Part shown: piece after piece, positions 28,123 to 37,568 of the stretch | Layout of the letters: every line of letters starts with the position of its first letter | Numbering within the stretch: the stretch's first letter is position 1 | Source of the DNA: an uncultured Candidatus Poseidoniales archaeon | GTDB taxonomy: Archaea > Thermoplasmatota > Poseidoniia > Poseidoniales > Poseidoniaceae | NCBI GenBank assembly: GCA_000246735.1 | Contig: CM001443.1 | Span: 143,669-207,668 of the forward strand | Direction: 5' to 3' | DNA length: 64,000 nucleotides | Translations under genes and position numbers: made by a program | The notes under the pieces: model-generated | The model's input: only the letters and a program-made list of their open reading frames with translations | What the model was told of the DNA's origin: nothing | Databases searched by the model: none

Positions 28123-29133
28123 TCAGTACGCCGATTTCGTGGTTTCGATGATGACAGCCCCAATCTTGTATGGGTCGCCATTCGATGCTGGCCGTCGGTC
28201 TTCAAGTCGACCAATCCAACCATCTTCGCGAACTGTGATTGGAATTCGAATCGAAGCACCTCGATCTGAAACACCGTAGCTGAATTGGTCGATGGATTGC
28301 GTTTCGTGGAGGCCCGTCAAACGAAGCTCGTTGTGTGCCCCATAGACGGCCATGTGCTTCTCGATGTTGCGACCAAATGCCTCACAAATCTTGTCGAATG
28401 TTTCCTTCTTTCCGCTTGTTCGCATGGCGTGATCTGAGAAGTTAGCATGCATTCCAGAACCGTTCCAGTCGCCTTGAACCGGTTTCGGATGGTATTCAAT
28501 GTAGTACCCATAGTTCTCTGTCAGTCGATCGAGGAGGTAGCGGGCGATCCATAGTTCGTCACCAGCGCGTTTCGCACCTTTTGCGAAAACTTGGAATTCC
28601 CATTGGCCGCAGGCCACTTCTTGATTGATTCCTTCAAAATTGATTCCTGCCTCGAGGCAAAGATCTGCGTGCTCTTCGACAAGCGAACGGCCGTGAGTGT
28701 TTCTTCCACCGACGGAGCAGTAGTAGAGTCCTTGAGGTCCTGGATAACCACCAACCGGGAAACCGAGGGGAAGTTGGGTGTCAACGTCCATGATGAAATA
28801 TTCCTGCTCGTAACCGAACCAAAAGTCATCGTCATCATCGTCAATGGTCGCCCGACCGTTGCTTGGGTGAGGGGTTCCATCTGCGTTGAGAACTTCGCAC
28901 ATCACGAGGTAGCCATTGATTCGTTGTGGATCTGGGAAAATGGCTACCGGCTTGAGGAGGCAGTCAGAAGAGCCACCTTCGGCTTGTCGGGTCGAAGACC
29001 CGTCGAACATCCATTCAGGGCAGTCTTCTAGGTCGCCCGAGAAATCTGATCTCACCATTGTCTTGCTTCGCATGTTTTGTGTTGGTTCATAGCCGTCGAG
29101 CCAGATGTATTCCAATTTCGCTTTATCCATCAT
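28123..29133 (-). CDS. glnA: glutamine synthetase type II (eukaryote-like GSII)
   Basis: N-terminal YIWLDG, GPQGLYYC, CGQWEFQ, NGSGMHANFS; 336 aa matches GSII not the 450-aa GSI. Confidence 0.85.
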   Translation of the reverse strand: MMDKAKLEYIWLDGYEPTQNMRSKTMVRSDFSGDLEDCPEWMFDGSSTRQAEGGSSDCLLKPVAIFPDPQRINGYLVMCEVLNADGTPHPSNGRATIDDDDDDFWFGYEQEYFIMDVDTQLPLGFPVGGYPGPQGLYYCSVGGRNTHGRSLVEEHADLCLEAGINFEGINQEVACGQWEFQVFAKGAKRAGDELWIARYLLDRLTENYGYYIEYHPKPVQGDWNGSGMHANFSDHAMRTSGKKETFDKICEAFGRNIEKHMAVYGAHNELRLTGLHETQSIDQFSYGVSDRGASIRIPITVREDGWIGRLEDRRPASNGDPYKIGAVIIETTKSAY

Positions 29134-29303
29134 AGGTAACAGTCCTCTCCTTGGCGAGGCGGTATATCAAACATACGCTCACTTTTAGGTAGTTTTATTG
29201 CAAGTTATGAGCATAATAATGTATTTATTTTGTTCAATTGATTCTCTTTGGCTCGGTTGTACGCGTCGAGTTTTGTTCGTATGTTCTCTTGGGAAGATTG
29301 GTA

Positions 29304-29319
29304 TTGTTCATTTGAACAA
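29304..29319. promoter_or_regulatory. perfect 16-bp palindrome TTGTTCA-TT-TGAACAA in the glnA/regulator divergent promoter region (candidate operator)
   Basis: read directly; lies 55 bp upstream of the XRE+CBS regulator start and 171 bp upstream of the glnA start; the region is AT-rich with TATA-like tracts. Confidence 0.4.
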
Positions 29320-29373
29320 GACAAAACAAGATTCCTGATTTGGAGATTTTAGAGTCCGCCGACCGGTGGAATC

Positions 29374-29955
29374 ATGCCCCCTATCGGCATGGACAGAATC
29401 ATGGAGATTCCGAGCGGGGGGTACTTGCGTCAGTGGCGTAAAACACTCGGATTGACTCAAGCCCAGCTTGCTGCTGAAAGCGGTTTGACTCAATCGGTCA
29501 TCGCCAAAGTGGAACGGGAAAACGTTGATCCAAGGGCTTCTACGTTGCGCAAAATGGTCGCTGCATTGCTTCGCTCTGAAGCACCAGATAAGCCGCACAC
29601 CGTTGGTGATATCATGATCGAAGAGGTCGCCGTTCTCGCACCCGAAGATACCGTGCAATCGGCCATCGAGCGAATGGTTCGCGAAGGCATCAGCCAACTG
29701 CCAGTCGTTGCCACAAATGGAGCCATCATGGGCCTTGTCTCCGAGACGAGTTTGTTGAGGACTGATGTGGAACGGGATGCTCCGGTTCAATCCGTAATGC
29801 AAATGAATTTCGAAGTTGTCAATGTGGGGGTTTCAATCGCTGAGGGGCGGCGCCTCCTCGTGGAGCGGGAAGTGTTGTTGATTACAGATTCAGGCGTACT
29901 ATGTGGGCTTGTTAGCCGCATTGATATGGTTCGCGCCTTAAGCAAGGACCAGTGA
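29374..29955 (+). CDS. transcriptional regulator: N-terminal HTH (XRE/Cro-C1 type) fused to a CBS domain pair
   Basis: LRQWRKTLGLTQAQLAAESGLTQSVIAKVERENVDP HTH; then two CBS modules (VGDIM...ISQLPVV and VMQMNF...VLLITDSGVLCGLVSRIDM). Confidence 0.75.
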   Translation: MPPIGMDRIMEIPSGGYLRQWRKTLGLTQAQLAAESGLTQSVIAKVERENVDPRASTLRKMVAALLRSEAPDKPHTVGDIMIEEVAVLAPEDTVQSAIERMVREGISQLPVVATNGAIMGLVSETSLLRTDVERDAPVQSVMQMNFEVVNVGVSIAEGRRLLVEREVLLITDSGVLCGLVSRIDMVRALSKDQ

Positions 29956-29958
29956 ACC

Positions 29959-31743
29959 TCACTGGTTGTTGGCAGCATCTTCACCTTGCGGGGTGATGAG
30001 GACATTGCTTCCATCTCGCATGATGTGTGGAATGGAAAGGGTCCCGCCGTTGACGGTGATTGGACAGGAGATTCCGCAGGCGGGAGCAAGGTAATCTTCG
30101 CCAGTCTCGGTTAACACAAGCCTGACGCCGTGGCCAGCCGGCAGGATTGCGTCGATCGCTTGGAATTCCATCAACATCGTGAGTGATTGACCTGGGAGCA
30201 CTGTAGTCGGATCCGAGCCGCCTTGGTGGTAACGGATGTCCATCGTGGCGTGGCCAAGGCGAAGCCCTGTTTCGGCGTCTTGTAATTCTGCGAAGATTTG
30301 GCCGCCGTCCATGGCTGCTTGAACTTCGAGATGAAGGGTTGCGAGGCCAGAAATCAACACGTCGGCCGATGCATCGAGTGCTTCACATTCGAATGTCACC
30401 GATGCCAATGTCGCTCCGCCACCTGAAACGCCTTGCACGCTGTTGCCGTTTTTCATGCAACCATCAAGAGCGACCATGTTCCATTCACGGTCTTCGGGCG
30501 GCCAGGTCGGCTCAATACGCCACTCGCCATCATTGCGCTGTATTTGTGCGTGAAGTGCAGGCTTCTCGCCGACCCCCTTGAGGTAATACTCAAACCATTC
30601 AAACAAGTCTTGGCCCCAATCCCAGCGGGTCATGTTTTGGATTGCTTCGCCGCCATAACCGGAATCCTGTGCATTGTGTTTCGACCATTGGTCTGGGTAA
30701 TTATGCTCCCATTGTCCGAGCATCCCCCTCACATCGAAACCTGCGTCGACGAACATCTGGTACCATGGGAAAACTTGGTGCGGGTCTACGTTCCAATCTT
30801 GCATGCCTTGAACCCAATACACGCTTCCTTTGTAATTGGTCAGCGCTTTGGAAATGTGTTCTCGCTCCTCGTAATAATTCGCCATATATGGGTCAAGTTC
30901 ACCCATTCCGTACGTCACAGGACCTGCGAACAGGCCTTCGATGATGTCTGGGCAGATGTTGTCCATGTCTTCGGCATTGTAGTCCACAGTGCTGCCGAAA
31001 TAATTCATGTGCATGACTTGGCTTCGAGCTTCTGCGCTTCCGTTCTTGTAGAGAAGAGGGTGGAGGCCTGTGGTGCCAGAAATGGGCACGATCGTTGCTA
31101 AGTGTTCGCTGCCATGGACCGCTGCTTCCCACTGTGTTGCGCCTTCGTATGATTTCCCATACAAGCCAACTTTGCCGTTCGACCAGTTCTGCTTCCCAAG
31201 CCATTCGACTGCTTGGTGGATACCCCAGCCCTCGCCTTCGCCTCGGTAGTCAAAACAGCCTGAGGATTCTTCTGTTCCGAACACAGACACCTGAGCAAAT
31301 GCATACCCGTGGGGGATGTAGTTGTCGTAAATGAATTCGCCTCGGCCAGCCCCAACCACGTTTGTTGCGCCTGATTCGTCGCCGGGTTGACCAAAGGAGA
31401 AGTATGGGCTCACAACGGCAATTACCGGTACTTGCTCCCCAATTTCAGTGTTGGATGGTAGCCAGTAAGAAAGGTGGACGTTGGAGGTAGCTGGTCCTGT
31501 CTCCCATACGGCAGATGTGTCAACTTCGAAGGTTGCCTCTTGGACTTCAAGCGCCGTGTAAGGTCCGGGTTCCAAGACATAGGAATAGCTGTCAGTCCAG
31601 TTCCAATCCAATTGATGGCGATCCCACACCTCTGGATACATTGACTCGCCCTCAATTGTATCGCCACCAGTCGACGAAGCCCCCAAACAACCCGAAAGCG
31701 GGCCGAGGAGAACCAAGAGAACAAGCAACCAAGCAGAGCGCAT
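29959..31743 (-). CDS. secreted S15-family peptidase (X-Pro dipeptidyl-peptidase / CocE-NonD hydrolase) with lipoprotein-like signal
   Basis: GYAFAQVSVFGTEESSGCFD, nucleophile elbow GLYGKSYEG, C-terminal beta-sandwich domain; signal MRSAWLLVLLVLLGPLSGC; start trimmed to that Met. Confidence 0.8.
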   Translation of the reverse strand: MRSAWLLVLLVLLGPLSGCLGASSTGGDTIEGESMYPEVWDRHQLDWNWTDSYSYVLEPGPYTALEVQEATFEVDTSAVWETGPATSNVHLSYWLPSNTEIGEQVPVIAVVSPYFSFGQPGDESGATNVVGAGRGEFIYDNYIPHGYAFAQVSVFGTEESSGCFDYRGEGEGWGIHQAVEWLGKQNWSNGKVGLYGKSYEGATQWEAAVHGSEHLATIVPISGTTGLHPLLYKNGSAEARSQVMHMNYFGSTVDYNAEDMDNICPDIIEGLFAGPVTYGMGELDPYMANYYEEREHISKALTNYKGSVYWVQGMQDWNVDPHQVFPWYQMFVDAGFDVRGMLGQWEHNYPDQWSKHNAQDSGYGGEAIQNMTRWDWGQDLFEWFEYYLKGVGEKPALHAQIQRNDGEWRIEPTWPPEDREWNMVALDGCMKNGNSVQGVSGGGATLASVTFECEALDASADVLISGLATLHLEVQAAMDGGQIFAELQDAETGLRLGHATMDIRYHQGGSDPTTVLPGQSLTMLMEFQAIDAILPAGHGVRLVLTETGEDYLAPACGISCPITVNGGTLSIPHIMRDGSNVLITPQGEDAANNQ

Positions 31744-31821
31744 TGTGTCTGCCATTCTGTCAGCCGTCATGAATGTGATGTTATGCTGTAACATCAAAAG
31801 TCACGCCCTCATCGGCCATTC

Positions 31822-32814
31822 ATGGTGGTTCTTGTCACAGGTGCTGCGGGCTTCATCGGTTCGCATGTTGTTGAGCGACTTCTGCTCCAAGGCCATCAGG
31901 TTCGTGGGACGGCACGCGACATCGAATCGGCTTCGTTTTTGAAAGAGTTCCCGGTTGGGAAAGGATCTTCGCTTGAACTCGTCAAGATGGACTTGCTTGA
32001 TGCAAGGAGTGTTGACGCCGCCGTGGCTGGGTGTACTGAAGTCATTCATTGCGCTGCTGTGCTGATGGTTGGCATCAACGAAGTGCAGAGTGATTTGATC
32101 GATCCTTCGGTTCAAGGAACCATGAATGTATGTAAGGCGATTGAAAAATCTGGCACGGTGCGTACGATTGTTCACACTTCCTCAGTTGCTGCCATACGCA
32201 GTTCATTCTACACAAACGGTCATGTGTTCACTGCGGATGATTGGTGTGAGGATGCTTCGGCTCAAATCAATCCTTACGGTTTTGCAAAGGCCGAAGGTGA
32301 GCGTGTCGTGAGGCGCTTTGTCGAAGCCATGAACGAAGAGGTGCGCCCGAGGCTGATGACCATCCATCCATCCCTTGTTTTTGGTCCAATTCATCACAAG
32401 CGCCACCTCAACGGGTCAATGGCCTACATGAAGCATTTCAAAGGAAAATTGCCGTTCGTCCTCAATTCACACCTGAATTTCGTAGATGTCAGAGACGTGG
32501 CTGACGCCCACATCGCTGCGCTCACGAAGGGATCGAATGGAAAGCGAATCGTTGTCCATACCAAAGGCATGTGGATGAAAGAAATCGGAATTGAATTACG
32601 GAAATTGCGTCCAAAAACCGCCTATCCTACGAAGGTCTTACCAAAATGGCTTACAGTGGTCATGGCAATGTTCCATCCGAAATTAACCGTCAAGGCAGTC
32701 AAACCAAGCCTCGGCCGACATGTTGGGTATGATGTTGGCACAAGTTTTGCTGATCTCGGCATGACGCCTACGCCTGTTCAGGATACATTCCTCGATGGTT
32801 TGGACTCGATTTGA
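31822..32814 (+). CDS. NAD(P)-dependent epimerase/dehydratase-family SDR (cinnamoyl-CoA/dihydroflavonol reductase-like)
   Basis: VLVTGAAGFIGSHVVERLL Rossmann motif, YGFAKAEGE (catalytic Y-x3-K region). Confidence 0.8.
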   Translation: MVVLVTGAAGFIGSHVVERLLLQGHQVRGTARDIESASFLKEFPVGKGSSLELVKMDLLDARSVDAAVAGCTEVIHCAAVLMVGINEVQSDLIDPSVQGTMNVCKAIEKSGTVRTIVHTSSVAAIRSSFYTNGHVFTADDWCEDASAQINPYGFAKAEGERVVRRFVEAMNEEVRPRLMTIHPSLVFGPIHHKRHLNGSMAYMKHFKGKLPFVLNSHLNFVDVRDVADAHIAALTKGSNGKRIVVHTKGMWMKEIGIELRKLRPKTAYPTKVLPKWLTVVMAMFHPKLTVKAVKPSLGRHVGYDVGTSFADLGMTPTPVQDTFLDGLDSI

Positions 32815-32877
32815 GGCGGTTAGCAGCGTTGCATCGCGGCCGCAAGATATGAGGGGCTGGTGCCCCTCGGTTGAAGC

Positions 32878-33672
32878 ATGCAGGCCGAGGAAGTTTGGGG
32901 TCAACGTTGGACAATGAACACCTTGCCAATGGCAAGAGCCTACATGGAAGTTGCTTGCCGGAAGCAAAGCCTGGTTTGCCTCGCTGCAGACCGTTCAACG
33001 ATGGCTGGCTTGTTTGATTTGATCGAAACGGTCGGCTCTTCGATTGCGGCGCTTAAGACGCACGTCGATTTGGTTGATGACTGGACACCTGAGGCTTGGT
33101 CCGAGTTCTGTGCAGCTGCAAAAGAAGCCGATTTGCTGATTTTTGAAGATCGGAAATTTGCCGACATTGGTGGCATCAGCCGCAAACAAATGGCGGGCGT
33201 GTACAACATTCGCGGGTGGTCTGATTTGGTAACCGCCCACTTAATTTCTGGACCAGATATTGTTGATGGGTTGCAAGCTGCTTGGTCAGATGTCGGACGA
33301 GAGGGTGGCGTTTTGTTACTTGCCCAAATGTCCAGCCGAGGCAACCTCTTGGAGCCGGCGTACACTGCTAAAGTGGTCGAAAAAGGCAAAGCTCACTCCG
33401 GTGTGTTTGGATTCATTGGGAATGGCTCGAGACCTGAGGAATTGGTTCTTTTACGCACCGCTGTTGGCGACGGAAAAATGATCTGGACCCCGGGCGTGAA
33501 CCTTGCTGTTGGCGATGGGGAAATGGGGCAAAGGTACGGCCACCCTCGTGATGCTGTGCTCGCAGGTTCGGATTGTGTGATTGTCGGATCTGGTATCCAC
33601 AAGGCAGACAACCCTGGCGAGCAGGCGGCAGCTTATGCAAAGGCGTCTTGGGATGCTTTGTGCGATCGTTGA
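32878..33672 (+). CDS. pyrF: orotidine 5'-phosphate decarboxylase (eukaryote/archaeal-type)
   Basis: LVCLAADRS, ALKTHVDLVDDW, LIFEDRKFADIGG (catalytic DxKxxD-type loop), VVGSGI. Confidence 0.85.
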   Translation: MQAEEVWGQRWTMNTLPMARAYMEVACRKQSLVCLAADRSTMAGLFDLIETVGSSIAALKTHVDLVDDWTPEAWSEFCAAAKEADLLIFEDRKFADIGGISRKQMAGVYNIRGWSDLVTAHLISGPDIVDGLQAAWSDVGREGGVLLLAQMSSRGNLLEPAYTAKVVEKGKAHSGVFGFIGNGSRPEELVLLRTAVGDGKMIWTPGVNLAVGDGEMGQRYGHPRDAVLAGSDCVIVGSGIHKADNPGEQAAAYAKASWDALCDR

Positions 33673-33960
33673 ACACTATGTTCTTGTGTGGACAGTGTGT
33701 CCTCTCACCATGCTCACCTTCATTGGCTGGTTGCTTGCGTTCGTCGTGACGCTCGTTCCAGCGTACATGATTTGGTCGTACACAAAAAAAGCGACGGAAC
33801 TTGATGAGCGCATCGAAGCGTGCGACCCAACGCTTCTCACTGATGATGGACTCAATGTCTCTCGGTTGATGGCGGTTCCACAGGGCACACAGTACCTAGA
33901 AAACGCACAAATCATTCTTCCAACATCAATTCCGATGCCGGTTCAAAGCCCTTATCCGCC

Positions 33961-34701
33961 TCAGACAGGAGAGCCGTACTCTGACCAATAGAAGACCGCC
34001 CCTGCAATCAATACAACAAGCAGCACCCACTTCGCCGAGCCTTTGCGCTTGGGTGAAGGAGTGTCTTGAGGTGTGATTGCAACAGTCAGTTCCGATGTGG
34101 GCTCAACTGGTTCAGATGGCACGATTGCTTCCAGAGGAGCGGGCATTGGAAGTGGAAGCGCTGGCATACCTGGCAACGGTGGAAGAGGCATCAGCCCTTC
34201 ATCCGGCTCTGGTTTGATTCGGTCTTCTGGGTAGAGTTCGTCGAGATCTTCAAGCCCGGGCGCCTCTGGGATCGGACCCAACACTTGTTCCCAGACCTCG
34301 TCAAGCGCTGCTGATGAAATCGGCTTTTCGAGCCAAGCAACGGCCCCCGCAGAATGAGATGCGTCTCGTGCGAGTGAGGCGAGACGTCGAGGCGTGACAA
34401 ACACAATTCGGCCTTCGCCGCCATGTTCCCTCATCTCCAAAGCAGCAAGATGCCCGTCGAGAGAGGGGATGTCAAGTGCGATGACGACCAATTCTGGGTC
34501 GAGGCGGATGTATTCGTCAACGGCTTTGTCGCCATCTTCGCAGACAACAACGTGGAATTCTTTGACGCGGAAGACTTCAGTGAGCCTTCGCGTCGACATT
34601 GGGTTGTTGTCCACAACGAGCACTGTTGGTGCTGAATCTTCGTCTGCCGCCGTGACATACGCCATGTGAATCATCCCCCTGACTTCGCCCTTGCACATCA
34701 A
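33961..34701 (-). CDS. orphan response-regulator receiver (REC) domain protein with Pro-rich linker and C-terminal TM anchor
   Basis: TVLVVDNNPM ... VVIALDIPSLDG (phospho-acceptor Asp context) ... RIVFVTPR; Pro-rich PLPPLPGMPALPLPMP; terminal WVLLVVLIAGAVFYW helix. Confidence 0.7.
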   Translation of the reverse strand: MMCKGEVRGMIHMAYVTAADEDSAPTVLVVDNNPMSTRRLTEVFRVKEFHVVVCEDGDKAVDEYIRLDPELVVIALDIPSLDGHLAALEMREHGGEGRIVFVTPRRLASLARDASHSAGAVAWLEKPISSAALDEVWEQVLGPIPEAPGLEDLDELYPEDRIKPEPDEGLMPLPPLPGMPALPLPMPAPLEAIVPSEPVEPTSELTVAITPQDTPSPKRKGSAKWVLLVVLIAGAVFYWSEYGSPV

Positions 34702-34719
34702 TCATGCGCACCATGGGAT

Positions 34720-35145
34720 TCATTCTTCGCTGTCTTCGGCGGTCGAGAGGTCTTCCACTGGCCCAGATTGTGGATTTGCGAATGTTTCTCGAACCGTTTC
34801 GGATTCTGCGACCGCATCCTCCATTGCTCTGCGCCTGCTTGGGGCTTTCAGGAATTGCAACTGCAACTCGCTGACAATACCGCGGAACATGCGTTCTTCT
34901 TGTTCGCTGATGTTGCCCTTCGATTTGCTCTGCAACACACGAAGCATGTCGATACCAGCCTTTGCTTCACCGAGATTGAAAATGATGTTTCCTTCATTGT
35001 CAGGAATCATACCCATGTGAAGCAGCGATGAACGCTGGAACATGTGAATCAGTTGAAAGAATTGCTCGGTTTCTTCGTCCTTGAATGTGCCCGACATGGA
35101 AACAGCGAGGGGGTTAACCCCTATCGCTTCATCGCCGTATCTCAA
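34720..35145 (-). CDS. hypothetical protein (possibly DUF1844-like)
   Basis: 141-aa ORF 18 bp downstream of the REC gene on the same strand; acidic C-terminus; family call tentative. Confidence 0.4.
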   Translation of the reverse strand: MRYGDEAIGVNPLAVSMSGTFKDEETEQFFQLIHMFQRSSLLHMGMIPDNEGNIIFNLGEAKAGIDMLRVLQSKSKGNISEQEERMFRGIVSELQLQFLKAPSRRRAMEDAVAESETVRETFANPQSGPVEDLSTAEDSEE

Positions 35146-36563
35146 TCAAACATTTGTTCGAGTAACCAGTCAGGATCGAATTGTTTCAGGTCGTCATAAC
35201 CTTGGCCGACGCCTGCAAACACGATTGGTCGCCCCGTGGCGAAGGCAATCGAAAGACCAGCTCCACCCTTCGCATCGGTGTCGACCTTTGTGAGAACCGC
35301 TCCGTCAAATTTCATGATCTCTTGGAACATTCTTGCCTGTTCTACCGCATCGTTTCCAGCAAGTGAGTCGCCGACAAAGAGCGTGAGGTGGGGGTTCGCA
35401 ACCCTCCGAACCTTGTTGAGTTCATTCATCAAATTGACCTTGTTTTGCATTCGCCCAGCCGTGTCGACGAGCACAACATCAACGCCTTTGGCGCGGGCAG
35501 ATTCTATTGCGTCTCGTGCGATTGCAGCCGTATCGCCACCTCGCTGACTTGAGACGCAGCGGATGCCAAGATTTTCGCAATGAGATTCCAATTGTTGAAT
35601 TGCCCCTGCTCTGAACGTGTCCCCTGCCGCAGCAATGACGCTTCTTCCACTGCCAAGCAGCCTGTGAGCAATCTTTGCCGCAGTGGTTGTTTTTCCGGTC
35701 CCGTTAACGCCTACGAGCATGACAACAACGGGGGTGTCGCCGGCTTCGACGAAGCCGTTGACGGTCGCATCGAAGTCCCAGTATCCTGCGGCAAGGAGGG
35801 ACCTGAGGGCTCGCTTCAATGCCGCTTCAAGCACTTTTGCGAGGTCTGCTCCTTTTCGTAGCCGTGAGCCTACGAGGCTACGGCGAAGCGCGTCGATGAT
35901 GGCGGTCACCGCATCGCTGGAGATATCGGATTCAAGAAGAACCCATTCTAATTCTTCGAGCAAGGCATCGAGTGCCCCGCCTGCTTTGATGATGCGGCCG
36001 CCGTCTTGGACCACACCGCCACCAAGATCGACTTCGACCTTTGTGCCGGCTTCGGTTTCGACTTCAGCTGTTTTGACGGACCCTTTCGGTGCTGATGAAA
36101 CGCTGACAAGTTGTCGGCCAGTTGTCGTTCGCATCATCGAAAGATCGACTTTGGAACCTTTTGGGCGAGCGACTTCAACAGCCCCTCGCTTTTTCATCTC
36201 TTTTTTCAATTGCTTTTCGCGCTTTGCGTCGGCTTTTTTTGCCTTCTCGACGAGTTTTCGTTCCCGGCGAGATAGATCTTGTGGAAGAGCTATTTCCTCT
36301 TCCTCTTCCCACTCATCCCAGTCATCTGATGCCTGGGGTTCGACAGGTTCGATTGTATCGAGGTCTTCCCACTCCTCCTCTTGGGGCGCCATTTCTGGCA
36401 CGGATTGTGTTTGAATAATCGTGGTTGATTCGATTGATGCTTGTTCTGCGGATGCGAGCGCTGCGAGTGCTTCATCAGAACCTACGTCTGCAGAAAGTGC
36501 ATCGGCGTCGGTTTGTTCAGCAACTTCGTGAACACGTTTACGGAACCGGTCAAACAAGCCCAT
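35142..36563 (-). CDS. ftsY: signal recognition particle receptor FtsY
   Basis: acidic N-terminal domain, NG domain with GVNGTGKTTT (G1), DTAGR (G3), TKVD (G4); no M-domain so FtsY, not Ffh/SRP54. Confidence 0.9.
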   Translation of the reverse strand: MGLFDRFRKRVHEVAEQTDADALSADVGSDEALAALASAEQASIESTTIIQTQSVPEMAPQEEEWEDLDTIEPVEPQASDDWDEWEEEEEIALPQDLSRRERKLVEKAKKADAKREKQLKKEMKKRGAVEVARPKGSKVDLSMMRTTTGRQLVSVSSAPKGSVKTAEVETEAGTKVEVDLGGGVVQDGGRIIKAGGALDALLEELEWVLLESDISSDAVTAIIDALRRSLVGSRLRKGADLAKVLEAALKRALRSLLAAGYWDFDATVNGFVEAGDTPVVVMLVGVNGTGKTTTAAKIAHRLLGSGRSVIAAAGDTFRAGAIQQLESHCENLGIRCVSSQRGGDTAAIARDAIESARAKGVDVVLVDTAGRMQNKVNLMNELNKVRRVANPHLTLFVGDSLAGNDAVEQARMFQEIMKFDGAVLTKVDTDAKGGAGLSIAFATGRPIVFAGVGQGYDDLKQFDPDWLLEQMFD

Positions 36564-36572
36564 GTGTACACC

Positions 36573-37199
36573 TCAGTCATCCAGCGTGAGTTCTTTGCCC
36601 CTGCGTCCCTTTCGACGCGGTTGGCGTTTAGGCGCATCTGGTTGAGATTGGGCCTCCGATTGAACTGGTTCGGCAGGAGCGGGGGGGGTGGGCGTGGGTT
36701 GTGGCTGGGTGGCTGTCATTTGGCTTGCTGCTTCGTTGAACGCCTCTGCAAGGCCCGTGATCTTCACTTCGAGGGAAGCAGATTGTTCTGTCAACTCCTC
36801 TTGGAGAAGTCGAATACCATCAAGTCGTTCAATGGTGATTGTTTCCGCCTCATTCCATGGTTTTTCTCCGAATACACCGCTGCCAAGGTCGACCAATGCG
36901 GTGCCTTGTTCTGCACTTTCGTGGATGAACTTCAGCGTAACACCTGAACCAATCGTAAGGCGAGCGCTTGTCGAGCCTTTTTCCGCACCCTTTTGTAAAT
37001 GCGCGAGAATGGTGGATGTGGTTTGGTGTTCTTCGATGACCTTTGCGACGCGGTCAATCTGTTTGTGGAGGTCGTCAAGTTGCTTTCTGTGGGCGTCGAT
37101 GGTTCGAGCCATGCGTTGCAATTCTGTTCGGTCGACCATGGGGCTCACACCTCCGACAACGGGGTCATAGAAGAATCCGGCGTTGCCGGATCCACTCAC
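36573..37199 (-). CDS. pfdA: prefoldin alpha subunit with Pro/Lys-rich C-terminal extension
   Basis: coiled-coil/beta-hairpin/coiled-coil layout (LQRMARTIDAHRKQLDDLHKQI ... SEAQ); conserved archaeal position between rpLX and ftsY. Confidence 0.8.
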   Translation of the reverse strand: MSGSGNAGFFYDPVVGGVSPMVDRTELQRMARTIDAHRKQLDDLHKQIDRVAKVIEEHQTTSTILAHLQKGAEKGSTSARLTIGSGVTLKFIHESAEQGTALVDLGSGVFGEKPWNEAETITIERLDGIRLLQEELTEQSASLEVKITGLAEAFNEAASQMTATQPQPTPTPPAPAEPVQSEAQSQPDAPKRQPRRKGRRGKELTLDD

Positions 37200-37468
37200 T
37201 CTTCCTCTGCCACTGGGGTGATTGATCCGCCTGCTGCGGCGATTTCCTCACGGAAGTGGTGGGTGACTCGAGGTTCGGTGGAAGTGCGTGGGTCGATTTC
37301 ACTCACGGAGTTGATATCGATCGAGCGGCGGTTGGCCTTGTGCCTCGAGCCCATAATGGAATAAGTTCGGTGTTCTGCATCTGCCTTGCTGGTTGCAGGA
37401 AGGTCGATGGAAAATTCTTGACGTACGCTGCCGAAGGGAGCGATTCCTACTACACGGTAAGCCTTCAT
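37196..37468 (-). CDS. rplX: 50S ribosomal protein LX (L18Ae family)
   Basis: MKAYRVVG ... YSIMGSRHKANRRSIDINSVSEI matches archaeal LX (YSxMGSKHKxKRxxIxIxSVxE); the LX-pfdA-ftsY order is conserved in Archaea. Confidence 0.8.
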   Translation of the reverse strand: MKAYRVVGIAPFGSVRQEFSIDLPATSKADAEHRTYSIMGSRHKANRRSIDINSVSEIDPRTSTEPRVTHHFREEIAAAGGSITPVAEEE

Positions 37469-37568
37469 CGAGTTGGGCGACTCGCAAACCCGACTTAAAC
37501 GCGCTGGCGCGACTTCTCAGCGCAAAACAAGCGCGAGATTGACAAAGTTTGACGCTCCAACACGATTT

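Noticed and set aside
33710-33991. Possible 93-aa single-TM protein immediately after pyrF
   Set aside because: No start codon or conservation signal can be verified by eye. It overlaps the convergent response-regulator 3' end by about 30 nt, so it is too weak to list as a feature.
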